Below, one piece after another: positions 1-13,716 of a DNA stretch of 64,000 bases. Origin of the DNA: Octopus sinensis (lineage: Eukaryota); contig NC_043015.1 of the NCBI RefSeq assembly GCF_006345805.1, forward strand, positions 47,430,001 to 47,494,000, written 5' to 3'. Positions within the stretch are counted from its first letter, which is position 1, and the number at the start of each line of letters is the position of its first letter. Under the pieces are notes generated by a model that was not told the DNA's origin, made no database searches, and saw only the letters and a list, made by a program, of their open reading frames with translations. The position numbers and the translations under genes are program-made.

Positions 1-713
1 TTCAAAGGTTACCGATGTACAGTTAATGCTTCTTGGAATGCTTGTTATGATATAAATGTTTGAGTAGATTTCATGTGTATTTAGGCATGTGTTGTCTTCC
101 GAAATCAGTTTTTCATAATCTAATCTAATTTTGATAGTCCCCACACACAAAGTGTAAGCAAGGTTCTATGGTTGAAAATCTCGCTTTGCAGCCACTTGGT
201 TTCGGGTTCAGCCCCATTGTGCGGCATCTTGGGAAAGTGTCTTCTACAAACGCATGAGCCGATTAATGTCTAGTGAGTGAATTTGATAGACGGAAAATGT
301 ATGATTCGCTCTCGAGCGCAACTGGTAACAACCCAGTACAAGCTGATGTATGGTCAGGCCGTCGGCGACTAAACCGGCAACCTCACTAAGCGAGGAAGGT
401 AATTTTTGGACAACCTAGAGAATGAAAAACAAAACTCGTCAAAGAGCGGAGGAACTCATTTGAGTCAATAACCATTCCAATTGAATGTATACATGTGCAC
501 AATTGATTGGGCTCTTTAGTTTTAATAAGATAGCCAGTCGAACAGTTTGGGTCAAACTTCTTGACATTTGTAATACCGAAGAGGTCAAACACCACGGTAA
601 TAAAACATGCAATCGCGATAATCACTCAGCCATCTTACTTTGGCTTGTCACTAGATAATAGATTTTCGAGGATGAAAGAGTAGTATGCTTGTCGAAGAAA
701 CGTGCAACACCAC

Positions 714-947
714 GTAAGGCGGCGAGCTGGCAGAAACGTTAACACAACGGGCGAAATGCTTAGCGGTATTTCGACTGCCGCTACGTTCTGAGTTCAAATT
801 CTGCCGAGGTCGACTTTGCCTTTCATCCTTTCGGGATCGATAAATTAATTACCAGTTACGCACTGGGGTCGATGTAATCGACCTAATCCGTTTGTCTGTC
901 CTTGTTTGTCCTCTCTGTGTTTAGCCCCTTGTGGGTAGTAAAGGAAT
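714..947 (+). mobile_element. tRNA-derived SINE family A, full-length copy
   Basis: Head GGCGGCGAGCTGGCAGAAACGTTA, B-box GAGTTCAAATTC, core GCCGAGGTCGACTTTGCCTTTCATCC. 19-bp TSD AAGAAACGTGCAACACCAC at 695-713 and 948-966. Confidence 0.9.
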
Positions 948-989
948 AAGAAACGTGCAACACCACCATCAAAATATACAGATATCTCA

Positions 990-2030
990 AGTCCCACGGT
1001 GATGCAGTAGGGGCTTAGCGATCCGTGCAGGTTTAACGATCTGGGAGCATATAGTCATGAATATACCCATCTAACCTCGCTGTATCGTGGAAAGGGATCC
1101 AAATCTGATTGTGGAAATTACAGAGGAATAAGCCTACTTGAAGTTGTTGGTAAGGATTTCGCAAAACTTTTACGTAATTGGCTGACAAAACGGATATTCT
1201 CCTCTGCTGTCCCAGAAAGTCAATGTGATTTTTGATCAGGTCGTCGTACAATACACATGATTTCTTTTCTTTCTGCTGATCAACTCTACGAGAAATGTAT
1301 TGAACAATGCATAGCTCTTTACCACGTCTTTGTTAGTTAACAAAAGCCTTCGATCCTGTTAACAGGACTGCTCTCCGGACCATAAAGTTGGATGCCCACC
1401 TCAGGTGGTCATCAAAATGTTTAAGCAACTCCATCATGATACAAAAACTCGTTTTAATTTCAACGGTTCACTCTCGGAACTAATTTTCATCGATAACAGG
1501 TTAAAGAAGGTGACATTCCTGCCTCAACCCTCATCTTACATGTATTTTGCTGTAACTGTCGTGCGTTTTCCAGGACTGCGATATCGGCGTCAACATTCGC
1601 TTCAGAACCACAAATAAGGTGTTTGATATGACATACTTCAACGCAAAATCGAAGACTTTCCAGGCCCTTGTTCATGAGTTCCTTTATGCTGACAATGTAA
1701 TTCTCGTTGCTCACATTGAAGAAGACATACATGCTGTAAGAGCATGCGTTGCTATTGGACTCACCATCAGTCTGAGGAAGACAGATCATGTTCTCTCAGT
1801 CTCAAGGCCAGCCTTACGTCGAACCTAACATCTTCGTCCAGTATGCAAGATTGGATGTGGTCGACTCTGTCGTCTACTTTGGTAGCATACTCTCTAGAGA
1901 TGGATCCCTTGTTTCTGAAATAAATCTGAGGATCGAAAAATCCAACAAAGCATTTGGAAGGCTGGAAAATTGTATGTCATCTAATAGATGTATTATCATA
2001 TTGAAGACTAGGAACAGATAACGGAAAATT
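990..2030 (+). mobile_element. Decayed RTE (BovB-like) LINE reverse transcriptase fragment
   Basis: Frameshifted motifs HEFLYADN (YADD-like), GLTISLRKT and YFGSILSRDG...EINLRIEKSNKAFGRL. Confidence 0.75.
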
Positions 2031-2139
2031 GATCGGTTTGGAAAAAAACGATTCACAACGGTTGTAAGTTATTTGATACATGAAGATATGTCAGCTTTTA
2101 TGTGTGTATGTGCGTGTATAAAGATATAATTAAAACAAT

Positions 2140-2175
<36 letters not shown>

Positions 2176-2189
2176 CACACATGGATAGA

Positions 2190-2400
2190 ATTTACAAAAA
2201 AACAAAAGACGAAGACATGTGTATAAACAACAAACAGGTGTATTAGTTTAACGCTCGGGAAGGTGAAAAAATATTTTACGTTTCGAGCCTACGCTCTTCA
2301 ACAGAAAGGAACACGAAAAAATAAACAGAGAGAGAGAATAAAAAAAGTTTTAGCGACTAGGGGTCAATCATGGCGAATGGTGTGTATTTTCTAAAACTCC
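2190..2400 (-). mobile_element. PLE terminal-repeat-like fragment with a minimal hammerhead-like motif (2274-2308)
   Basis: Minus strand reads CUUU CUGUUGAA GAGC GUAG GCUC GAAA CG UA AAA. Homologous to 22200-22400. Confidence 0.55.
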
Positions 2401-2849
2401 AGTGAATTCCAATTTAATCTGAATCCACACCATCTGAAGCATATTTGTAGAAAAGAGATATTTAATTTTCTCAAGGTTATGAAGAAGCAAATCTTTGGGG
2501 GACAATTGTGTAAAAAAGTTCTCTTCCCGGGTGACAATAACTTGCATGTCGGATTGTTGCACAAGTTCTAGCCGTTTTGATTAAGGAAATCGGAGAGGTT
2601 TGAAATGATTTCATCGGTACAAGTATTTACTTGTACCAAAGAGCACGCTTTCGATAGACAACACGTTGATCTCATAAGTATCGCTTGGTGGAAATAAACG
2701 CAATTACCAAACTTTCAATTTATTATTTCGTTTTTTTCTTTTTGTATTTCAATTTGTATATCTGTACTCTCGATTGCGTACAAGCGCATTTGTAAAACGA
2801 CGTCCTTTATTTTTTAATCATTATTTGCTGATATCAAAATAAGTAGTGT

Positions 2850-2976
2850 ATTCCCATTGCGTGGCACCTTGGGCAAGTGTCTTCTACTATAGCCTCGGGT
2901 CGACCAAAGCTTTGTGAGTGGATTTGGTAGACGGAAACTGAAAGAAGCCGGTCGTATATATATATGTGTGTGTGTG

Positions 2977-3035
<59 letters not shown>

Positions 3036-3236
3036 TATATCTGTGTTTGTCTCCCCAAACATCGCTTGACAACCGATGCTGGTGTGTTTACGTCACCGTA
3101 ACTTAGCGGTTCAGCAAAAATGACCGATAGAATAAGTACTAAGCTTACAAAGAATAAGTCCTGCGGTCGATTTGCTCCAGCATGGCCACATACAAATGAC
3201 TGAAACAAGTAAAAGAGTAAAAGAGTAAAGAGAGCA
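2850..3236 (+). mobile_element. tRNA-derived SINE family B with internal (TG)n and (GTAAAAGA)n tail, 5'-truncated
   Basis: Body CCTTGGGCAAGTGTCTTCTACTATAGCC...GACGGAAACTGAAAGAAG, then a microsatellite, then GCTTGACAACCGATGCTGG...GAAACAAGTAAAAGAG. Same layout as more than ten other copies. Confidence 0.85.
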
Positions 3237-3674
3237 TTGAAAAATAAAAATATTTTCTAGGGGATGAGGAGGTGGGACATTTTTGACTCCGCGGGTCAAA
3301 AGGGTTAGGGTTAGGGTTAAACCCATTAAGGGAGCGTCCCAGAATGGCCGCAGTCCAGTGAGTGAAATAAGTAAATAAAAAGAAGAGAAAAAGAAGTAAA
3401 ACGACCTATCTTGACAAACCTTTAACCCAAAATCTTTATTCTGAATATTTACTTAACCCATCATATTAACTTTCATATTTTCGAGAAGCCACACAAATAG
3501 TATACACACAAACACCCCTCGTACTAACATTCTTACATAAAAGCTAAAAACACCTATATTTGCAGGCGTAAAACTAGACAGTGCAAAAACAAAAACTAGC
3601 CGTCACCATTTCTTAATATCTTTCGTTTAATATTCTCGACCTAAATAATTTCAATAGAAATACCGCCCAAGCAA

Positions 3675-4183
<509 letters not shown>

Positions 4184-4472
4184 TGACAGCCCTCACCTTC
4201 AACTTCATTTCTATACTCGTTCACCATCTTTTCAATAACATTCAATCTTACTTCGCAGAAGTAATTAGGAAAAAAAGATCTTCTCTTCTTTATTGAAATC
4301 TCTTCCACAATTGTAAATATCAACTTGACAACCTTTCTAGTTTTTCTTTACAAACTTTGAAATGGATTGAATAATCTGCTAGGCAAAATTGAAGTCCCTG
4401 TCAGAACTAATTTTATAAGACTCCCAGCGCCACCTCTATACATCTGTGTATGTGTATGTCTGTGTGTATCTA

Positions 4473-4600
<128 letters not shown>

Positions 4601-4639
4601 TAATCCAAACGGAAAACAGAAAAAAAACAACAACACGTG

Positions 4640-5700
4640 GAACAATTACAGTATTATTATTATTAGGCGCTCAGGAAAATGGAAGAAGGGGGGTATGACG
4701 TTTCGAGCGGAGCTCTTCGTCGGAAACATAAGAGAAGGAAGAAAGAAGAAAGATCCCGATATATGCCGTCTCATACATAAATCAAAAAAAAACATGAACT
4801 CGTATATTTGTCAATAGAGTGGGTATATTAACTGAAGTGTACAGTATTATATAACCATTATGGCCAATCTTAACTACTGGTTTCGCACTAGGGGTTCAAC
4901 GGGGTGTTAGATAACAGCCTGTTTATGTAACCCTGCGCTCTTCCGAGACGGCAGTTATGAAAGAAAATTTGGCAACTGCTTTTTATTGCTGGAGGTGAAA
5001 GACACATTCGGTTTCTTTAAAAAACAACGAAACGAACCGAGAAAGGGTTAAGTTACGAGTTATGTCTTTTGTCTCCAAAAACCACTTCTGGAGGTGTTGC
5101 AAAGTGGCAACAGTTTTCTGGAAATGAGTGTATGTTTTGAGATTGGTGTTCTTGTAGAGTTGGAACCTGTGCAGTGATACTATACGTATAGCGTTATTGG
5201 GAGGCGAGGAGTGTAGAACATAAATACTTGTATATCCGTTTGTGCATGTTTTGTTTATGTTTTGGTTACTTTCTTCGAAGTATGTAAGTAGGGGATTATA
5301 TTAGGGTGGTGGAAAAAGGATTTGTTTGGATGGATGTCCGCCGTATTAGGGAACGTATGTGTAAGTTCTGGTCAAACTCTTTGCCAGATCCCGAGGTATC
5401 GGTGGTGGGAGAGCTGAATTTGTGAAAACATTATAATCACGTTGGGGCAGGTAGGTATGATAGAATATACTTCCCTTCATGTGCACAAGGATTAAAATTT
5501 CAATTCTGCTATTCAGACAGATGCCCGGATGCTGAGAGTCCTTTAATATTGCTCTTTTCTCGGTTAGACATAAACTGCATGCTTCTCTCCGGACCAGAGT
5601 AGACTTGGGAACGATAATGACTAAGGGATGGTTCCACACTCCTAAAAGCGATAGTATTTTCGGACCAGGTATCCATTACTGAATGCACTTTAAAATCATA
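4640..5700 (-). mobile_element. Penelope-like element 3' remnant (GIY-YIG C-terminus plus terminal repeat with hammerhead-like motif 4693-4727)
   Basis: Minus-strand CSLCLTEKRAIL...LNSRIEI followed, after a frameshift, by CAHEGKYIL. This is the CxLCLxEK...CxH tail typical of PLE endonucleases. A hammerhead-like core lies downstream on the same strand. Confidence 0.7.
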
Positions 5701-5714
5701 ACCAGGACTAATAT

Positions 5715-5758
<44 letters not shown>

Positions 5759-5993
5759 ACACTCATACATACATACATACATACATACATACATACATAC
5801 ATACATACATACATACATACATACATACATACATACATACATGCATGCATGCATACGTACAAACAAAAACACCCTGTTGTTGATGCTGAATTCCAATGAA
5901 AGAACCTTGGATCTAGGTTAGAAACCGGTTCTTTGTCTATTGGCAAAAAATCTTGAAATAAATTGAATAATGACATACATACATACATATGTG

Positions 5994-6048
<55 letters not shown>

Positions 6049-6286
6049 GAGTGTAATTTCTTGGTAATATCAAATACAAATGGAGAAGTCGTGGAAAGAG
6101 TCGGTCTGAAAAATCTACGTGATAACAAAAACGATAAGGTAAGCGATCTCAGCCCCATCGTAACCTTACCCTTTTTTTTAACTAGAGTAAATTATCCTGA
6201 AACAGGAGTGATTTTATATGTGTGCATGGGGTGGGGTTTGTATGGACATGTGGATATATAATTATGTAGGTATATGCATAAATGTT

Positions 6287-6319
<33 letters not shown>

Positions 6320-7016
6320 CTGATATTAGATTATTGGTGGGTTTCTTACCTTAAAAATTAACACTTAAAAATTAAAATTAATATTATGCATTATAATCGT
6401 TGTTTTGACATAATCATAATCGTTAAGTTTCTAGTTTGATAATAGAGTTTTTTATAAGAAAATTTATTATATTATTTATTTCTTAAAAAATATTGTTTAA
6501 ATATTTTTTATTATTTATTAAAATATTACAATTAACCTGAAGATTGACTGTAACCATAACTCGAATTATTATTTGAATTTGATTTATTATTATTCGAATT
6601 GGTTACGGGCATGAAACGATCGTAGTGTTTTTACTCCTTATCTTATATTAAACTTTTAATACGCTTTGATAGTTTAATGAAAAAAATAAATAAATAAATG
6701 TAAAAATATAAAAATATAAAAAATAAAAAAATAAAAAAATAAAAAAATATAAATAAAAATAATAAAAAAATAAATAATTAAATAAAATAATAATAAATAT
6801 ATATATATATATTTATAATTTATAAGTTTAAATTATTAATTTAAATAATTAAAAAAAAATGTTAACTTTAATTTAAATATTTTAATTGGATTGTTATTTT
6901 ATATTTATATTTTATATATTTTTTAATTAATTTTATTCTATGTATTGGCTTATGATATTCACTGTTTGATTTGCCTAATAGTGGTTTTATCTCTAATTTA
7001 ATATATATATATATAT

Positions 7017-7104
<88 letters not shown>

Positions 7105-7106
<2 letters not shown>

Positions 7107-7275
7107 CGCAGGAGTGGCTGTGTGGTAAGTAGCTTGCTAACCAACCACATGGTTCCGGGTTCAGTACCACTGCGTGGCATCTTGGGCAAGTGTCTTTGGC
7201 TATAGCCCCGGGCCGACCAATGCCTTGTGAGTGGATTTGGTAGACGGAAACTGAAAGAAGCCTGTCGTATATATG

Positions 7276-7306
<31 letters not shown>

Positions 7307-7527
7307 TTGTTTGTGTGTCTGTGTTTGTCCCCCGAGCATTGCTTGACAACCGATGCTGGTGTGTTTATGTCCCCGTTACTTAGCGGTTCGGCAAAAGAGA
7401 CCGATAGAATAAGTACTGGGCTTATAAAAAGAATAAGTCCCGGGGTCGAGTTGCTCGATTAAAGGCGGTGCTCCAGCATGGCCGCAGTCAAATGCCTGAA
7501 ACACGTAAAAGAGTAAAAGAGTAAGAG
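7105..7527 (+). mobile_element. SINE family B, full-length
   Basis: Head GGCGCAGGAGTGGCTGTGTGGTAAG, B-box-like GGTTCAGT, and tail GTAAAAGAGTAAAAGAG. Confidence 0.88.
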
Positions 7528-8984
7528 TATATAAATTAAATTAGAGATAAAACCATTAGGCAACTGAAACAGTGATAGATATAAACCAAAACATAAAAAA
7601 CAGAAAATAAATATAATTAATATAATATATAATATATATATATAAAATTTTTAATTTAAATTATTAAAATTTTAAATTTTTTGAATTTTTTTAATTAAAA
7701 TTTTTTTTTATATATAACTAACCAAAAAGTATAAAAGAGTTAAATATAATATAATAAGTAAAAACACTATATATAGAGTGTGTGTTTCTTTCACCGCATG
7801 GGCAAGAAATTGTATTGGAAAGTCTACTTTAAACTTTCATGAGCAGTAAACAGCGGAAACCGGTTAGTAAAATGTCATTTTCTTCTTTCTGTAAACGTCT
7901 TTTGTGAAAATATGGACAAATATTTATTCAGTAGAATTATTTTATATGATGACTTTTTAATAACATGCGGTTTTCTTCTTGTCTAAAACCCACTTTGTAA
8001 AAACATACGATATTATTGATTTGACTTATTTACTTGAAACTTGATTATATGAAAGCATTTATTAAATGAAAACAGAATTTTGTATCTTCAATTTCATACA
8101 TACAACTTATATGCGTGTCTGTGTGTGTGCATGTGCGTGTGTTTGTGCATATATACGTGTGTATATACATTTATATATATACATACATACATACATACAT
8201 ACATACATGTGTGCACGTGTGGTGTGTGAATGAGTGTATGTGTGTAATATTTCTCTTTTGTTAAGAAATAAAACCTGTTTTATTTAAATGTGTGTGTGTG
8301 TATGTGTGTGTGTGATGGAGACAAAATACACTTCTTTACAGAAGAAGACCATCTCTTCAATTAGTTAATGCTGTAATGAGATCTCATTCAACTAACAAAT
8401 CCACCCTTGGACAAACAGACCCCACTGCAGACGTTGTAGACACTCTAAAGCAGAAAATTGTCAATTCCTGTTAACAGTTTATATATATATATAAACTATT
8501 GCGCATTTTAACCCTTTCTTATCATTCTCCCAACATATACAGAAAAAAATCTTAAAATATTGCTGCTGGAGTTAGCATTTAAAAAAATAAAATAGTAATA
8601 AATGCCTTTTTATCTTTTTTTTTCATTTTTACATAAAAGTTTAAATTAAAATACAAAATTCAATTTTTCAATTTAGTGAAAAGCCTAAGGTCTTTCTCAT
8701 CTTATTCTGTACTTTTTCAATTTCAGTACATAATATTCGCTATTCATTCAGTCATTGCTTGTTCTGTTCTTTTCCAGGTTCATTATTTAAAAAATTCTTG
8801 GATTCTGCGTCCGGGTTTTTCGCTCTAGTTCACTTTTTTTCCCAAACGATGCTTCTATTATTATAATTTAGCTTTATAATAGAAAAAATACATGCTATTG
8901 TATTAAATAAAGATTTTGCTCAAACTTAAAAATTCTGTTTGCACCTAAAAATAACAAAGAATTTATAGCAGCATATATGTTACA

Positions 8985-10180
8985 TAAATATATACTTAAC
9001 AATTTTTATTTTAAAATAATGTTATATTCTAATTACATAATTAATAATTAGTTTTTTTAATGAGTGAATTTTTTTATTATAGTAAATTTTTAATATATAT
9101 GCATTTTAATACATAAACAGAATAATAAAAATTAATGTGAAATCTCAAAACATCATAACTTTATTTAAGCTTAATATTTTTAGACGACGTTTTCTCCCAA
9201 AATATTTGTCTCGATAAACTCTTTCCTTTGGGTTCAAGCAATAACATTTTTCTCTCAAAAAGACGAAAGTGTTTTGATTTCTAAAATTTTTCACCGGTTT
9301 TTCTTCGTCACACAACTTTCTTTGTAGCTAATATTGTTTGAAAAGGTTTTTCACCACAAGATACTCCTCATAGCGCCCTTCCATCTGAAATAAACTCGAA
9401 CGCAGAATAGCTGTGAAAATAGCTTAGAAGATTGACTAAATACCCTTAGAAAACGGAACAAAAAAAGGGTTAGCAAGCCTCTGCAGAGCGACACTTAACA
9501 GCAAAGACTCTCTTTTATAACGCTAAATATCTTAAAACGACAAAAATATTTTGATCTGTTAAAATGATCACCTTTTTTCGACATTTAAAGTCACAACCCC
9601 TTCTTTGTATCCAATATTTTTCGACGAGGGTTTCACCATAAGATTCATCTCATAGAGCTCTCTCATTTGAACGCAACTATTGTGTAGTTTTCTTTTACAA
9701 TAGCTAAGATATTTTGATTCAAATTCAATATTTGGGGTTACTTACCAATTTTTACATCACTTAAAGCCGCACTTCTTTTTTCGTAGCTAATATTTTTTAA
9801 CGAGGTTTCTTCAAAAGATTCTTCTCAATGAGCACATTCTTTTAAATCCAATTTAAACTCTATACTTGTATTTTAAAATAACAGATATTTCGATTCAAAG
9901 TAATTTTTTCGCTTTACCCTCCCATTTTTGTCCTAACATACTTTTGACCAAACTTTTTTTTACACTGAACTAAATCTCAGTTAAGCAATAATAAAACTAA
10001 CTAAATCTCAGTTATTTTATCTCAAAATGTTGCTTAGAGGTGGACCATCATTGCTAACAAAAAAGCGCATTTAATTTAGTTGAGACTAAACTAGTGATTA
10101 AGCCTAGAATTGCACGCGTGTAATCAAAAAGTTGTCGTTGAGAATATATTCACCCATTGCTGTGGATGAATGATTAAACG
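8985..10180 (+). repeat. Unclassified ~1.2-kb interspersed repeat, copy A (direct repeat of 14071-16125)
   Basis: Colinear shared blocks such as TACATAAACAGAATAATAAAA, CATAAGATTCATCTCATAGAGCTC and TGCACGCGTGTAA. Ends in a degenerate hairpin at 10151-68. Confidence 0.7.
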
Positions 10181-10684
10181 TCTTGTAAAGACCTTATTCT
10201 CAGAAGAATAGAAAAGGGAAAACAAAGAAAGAAACGGCAAATCACCATGCGTATTGTTCTTAAGGTAACATCAGACACAATTCCGGAGATGCTAGAAAAG
10301 ATTACCTCGTCTTTATCTCCAGAAACTGACGAGGAACACGAAGTTGTCTCTTTCCCCGGCGAAAACCATCATTGATGGCGAGGAGGAGATAGAACGAGTG
10401 AGTGGCTGACAGCAGCAATGACAACTGAGATCCAGCGGAAGCGGTCGATACTGAAGTCCTCTCCAAAAGTACGACCTCATGTAACTGCGAAGACGAGAAC
10501 CAGCTAGAGGCTAACGGAAGTGAGTTGGCAAAAATTGGAAGGAAATAAAAATCAAAGCTGAGAAGACATTTTCTATCAGATTTCTTTATCTATTATCTGT
10601 AATTATTGTTTTTTTTAACAAATTTCTAACTTATCTTCCATATATCGTACAATGTTATTGCCCCTCCCCTTGTTATAAATATGG

Positions 10685-11368
10685 GGATCTTTTCGGTTTG
10701 AACGGCAGTTTTTTTCTAGCGGTGTCATATGAAATTGTCACCCATAATTATGACCCTAGAATCGATCTATTGCATTTCAATCTCTTTTAGGGTTAGGGTT
10801 AGTTAGGGTTAGGGTTAGGGGTGGGGGAATGGTATCTTTTTTTTATTCACAAATGTAAATAAACCCAATCTGTTTCTTAAACGAGGGACATATTCATACG
10901 GCACAGAATGTTGTTTACCTCAATAGACGTCACTGATTGGTTGAAATTGCAGAAATTGAAGAAAAAAAACAACAAATATCTTACAAACTATAGAATTTTC
11001 TCAGTAAAGCCGAGAGAAAAAGATGTTTTATAAACACATTCTACCAGTATACGAAGTTTAAACGTGTTTAGTCACGTGGAAATTATTTTAAAAACCTGCC
11101 GGTCAAACCGAAAAGATCCTATATTGGAATTCGTTGTGAAAAAGAAAAATTCCGTGCGCAAAGAGAGGAGTTTCGGAAAATTCACATGAATCGGTTTCGT
11201 TTCCTGATAACTTTTTTTTTTAAATGAATATTTCTGAATGAAATTTTCTACATGTATCTTTCAGAGAAAAATATGTTTTATAAACACGTTCTACCAGTAT
11301 ACGAAGTTTAAGATTCTTTAGTTACGTAGAAATTATGTTAAAAACTGCCGTTCAAACCGAAAAGATCC
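10685..11368 (+). mobile_element. GG-terminal MITE with an extra internal right end at 11119
   Basis: TIR GGATCTTTTCGGTTTGAACGGCAGTTTT / AAAACTGCCGTTCAAACCGAAAAGATCC. TSD AAATATGG/TAATATGG. Internal TTAGGG repeats. Confidence 0.85.
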
Positions 11369-12119
11369 TAATATGGCTTGTTTGTTTACGTCAAACATAT
11401 TTGTGAACCTCGAACATTTTGTACGAATGTGTCTTTTGACTGCCAGAATTGCAAGAACAACAGAGAAAATGCCTAGTGGTATTTCTTCCACCTCTTTACG
11501 CTAAGAGTTCGAATCACACCGAAATCAACTTTATATTTCTATATTTCATCCTTCCGGGGTTGGTGAGATAATTTCTAAGGTTGATGGCATCGACTAAGCC
11601 CCTACCCTCAAAACTATGATGAACAAAAACAAACATAACCCAAGCGCCAAGCTGGCAGAATTGTTACAGACGTTGGAAAAATGTTTTGCGATATTTCTGC
11701 CAGCTGTTTATGGTCTGTGTTCAAATCGCACCGAAGTCGACTTCGCTTTTTATCCTTTCCGATAAAAGAAAGTATCAGTCAAGTACAGGGTCAATGTAAT
11801 CGACTAACCTCCTTCTGCCTCAAAATCGCTAGCCTTATGCTAAAATTTCGAACCTTTATTATTATTATTATCAAAATCAGTGGAGTGTTGGACAAAATAC
11901 CTTGAGACATTCAGTTACGTTTCTTTACCTAATGAGTTATTGCTTTCCCCTTTTTAAGAGTCAATAAAATACAATGGTTTCAAATATTGTCACAGAACCG
12001 GGAACTTTAAAGGAGATTACATCGACCCCACTGTTCTACTGGTACTCATTCAAACGAGAGGATGGAAGCAAAGTCTACCTTCGCAGAATTTGAACCCAGG
12101 AAATGTCACTAACTCGCTA

Positions 12120-12432
12120 ACGTTTCTTATTTATTTATTACCCACAGGGGGCTAAACATAGAGGAAAAAACAAGGACAGACATAGGGATTTAGTCGATTA
12201 CATCGACCCCAGTGCGTAACTGGTACTTAATTTATCGACCCCGAAAGGATGAAAGGCAAAGTCGACCTCGATTATATCGACCCCAATCCGTAAATGGTAC
12301 TTAATTTATCGACCCCGACAGGATGAAAGGTCAAGTCGACCTCGGCGGAATTTGAACTCAGAGCGTAACGGCAGACGAAATACCGCTAAGCATTTCGCCC
12401 GGCGTGCTAACGTTTCTGCCAGCTCGCCGCCG
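12120..12432 (-). mobile_element. SINE family A with internal duplication
   Basis: Reverse complement of the family A consensus, ending GCCAGCTCGCCGCC at 12431. Confidence 0.85.
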
Positions 12433-13199
12433 TATGGGGTCGATGAACTATAATACCAATGAAAATATGCACGTAGATTTAAACTTCTCTAGCCCTTCCT
12501 CAAAATTGTGGTTTTGCTATTACTTTAGAAATCATTATTATATGAAAAGAAAGGGAAATGGGAAATAGCTTCGTAGAGTTAGAACACAAAAGGTGATACA
12601 TATGGTTTGTAATACTTAGATTCCGGAAGTTGTATGAAAAAGTGATGTACCTTCCAAACCCATTTCTATTGTCTACAGCTTAGTTTTCAGAAACCTGTTT
12701 GTTTGTTATTTTTCTTTCGTTGTTGTTGTTGTTTTTTCTTTCAAAAACATTAGTAAAATCGCTTATAGGTTGATTTATGAAACATCCGGCTTTGTAAATG
12801 GAAGAGAAAGCCTCAGAAATTCAAGCCCGACTCGTTTTAACATTCATCTCACATTTATTTTACTCCTGACTTCCCGTAAGTCGACAAAGCAAAACAAGTA
12901 AAACAGTTCGGAACTTTGTTTTTATTATGAACGGTTTTCCCCCCAATTTCATCTTCATAACTTAAAGAATCCGATAAAATAAACGGGAAAAAACCCAAAA
13001 TTATTGAAAGGCGTGACTGTGTGGTAAGAGATTTGCTTCTCAACCACATGGTTCTGGAATCAGTCCCACTGCGTGACACCTTGGGCAACTGTCTTCTACT
13101 ATAGTCTCGGGGCCAAACAAAGCCATGTGAGTGAATTTGGTAGATGGAAACTGAAAGAAGCCCATCGTGTGTGTGTGTGTATATATATATATATGTGTG

Positions 13200-13512
13200 T
13201 GTGTGTGTAGGTGCAATGGCCCAGTGATTAGCGGACTCGCGGTTGTAGGATCACGGTTTCGATTTCTAGACCGGGCGTTGTGAGTGTTTATTGAGCAAAA
13301 ACACCTAAAGCTCCACGAGGCTCCCACAGGGGGTGGTGGCGACCTCTGCTGTACTCTTTCGCCACAATTTTCTCTCACTCTTTCTTCTGTTGGCCTGTGC
13401 GCTTAGCCAGCGGGTTGGCGTCATTTGAAGGCTAAAACAATGCGAAGCGCATTGTGACCAGCGATGTGTATCAACATCTGATAGCCTGGTCGGTCACGGT
13501 GATCACGGTGAT
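13200..13512 (+). mobile_element. Third tRNA-derived SINE family (related degenerate copy at ~18380-18620)
   Basis: A-box-like TGGCCCAGTGATTAG and B-box-like GGTTTCGATTTC, with a (GTCACGGTGAT) tail. Confidence 0.55.
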
Positions 13513-13519
13513 ATATATA

Positions 13520-13716
13520 GGCGTAACTTCGGTATAGGTACCGGAAGTACCGGATACATTTCAGGAAAATATTTTGTTTTTTTTTATATCTGGTGGGAGG
13601 GTTAGGGTTAAGGTTTGTGTTAGGGTTAGGGGTGGAAGAAAAGGGTTTCTGTTATCTTCAGAAATGTAAAAAGAAGCCACTTCGGGTACTTACGGTACCT
13701 ATACCGAAGGATCGCC
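13520..13716. mobile_element. Small GG-terminal MITE with internal TTAGGG-like repeats
   Basis: ~30-bp imperfect TIRs GGCG(TA/AT)(A/C)CTTCGGTATAGGTACCG. TSD not recognisable. Confidence 0.6.

Noticed and set aside
718-800. tRNA-like A/B-box sequences
   Set aside because: They are SINE heads continuous with SINE bodies and tails. No acceptor stem or full cloverleaf is present.
2636-2686. Hammerhead-like arrangement on the minus strand (CUUAUGA...GAAA GCGUGC UC)
   Set aside because: G5 is missing and stem I needs a 5-nt bulge next to the core. Too degenerate to call.
10787-10830. TTAGGG repeats as a telomere or fusion relic
   Set aside because: Only a few imperfect units, present at the same internal position in every copy of the MITE.
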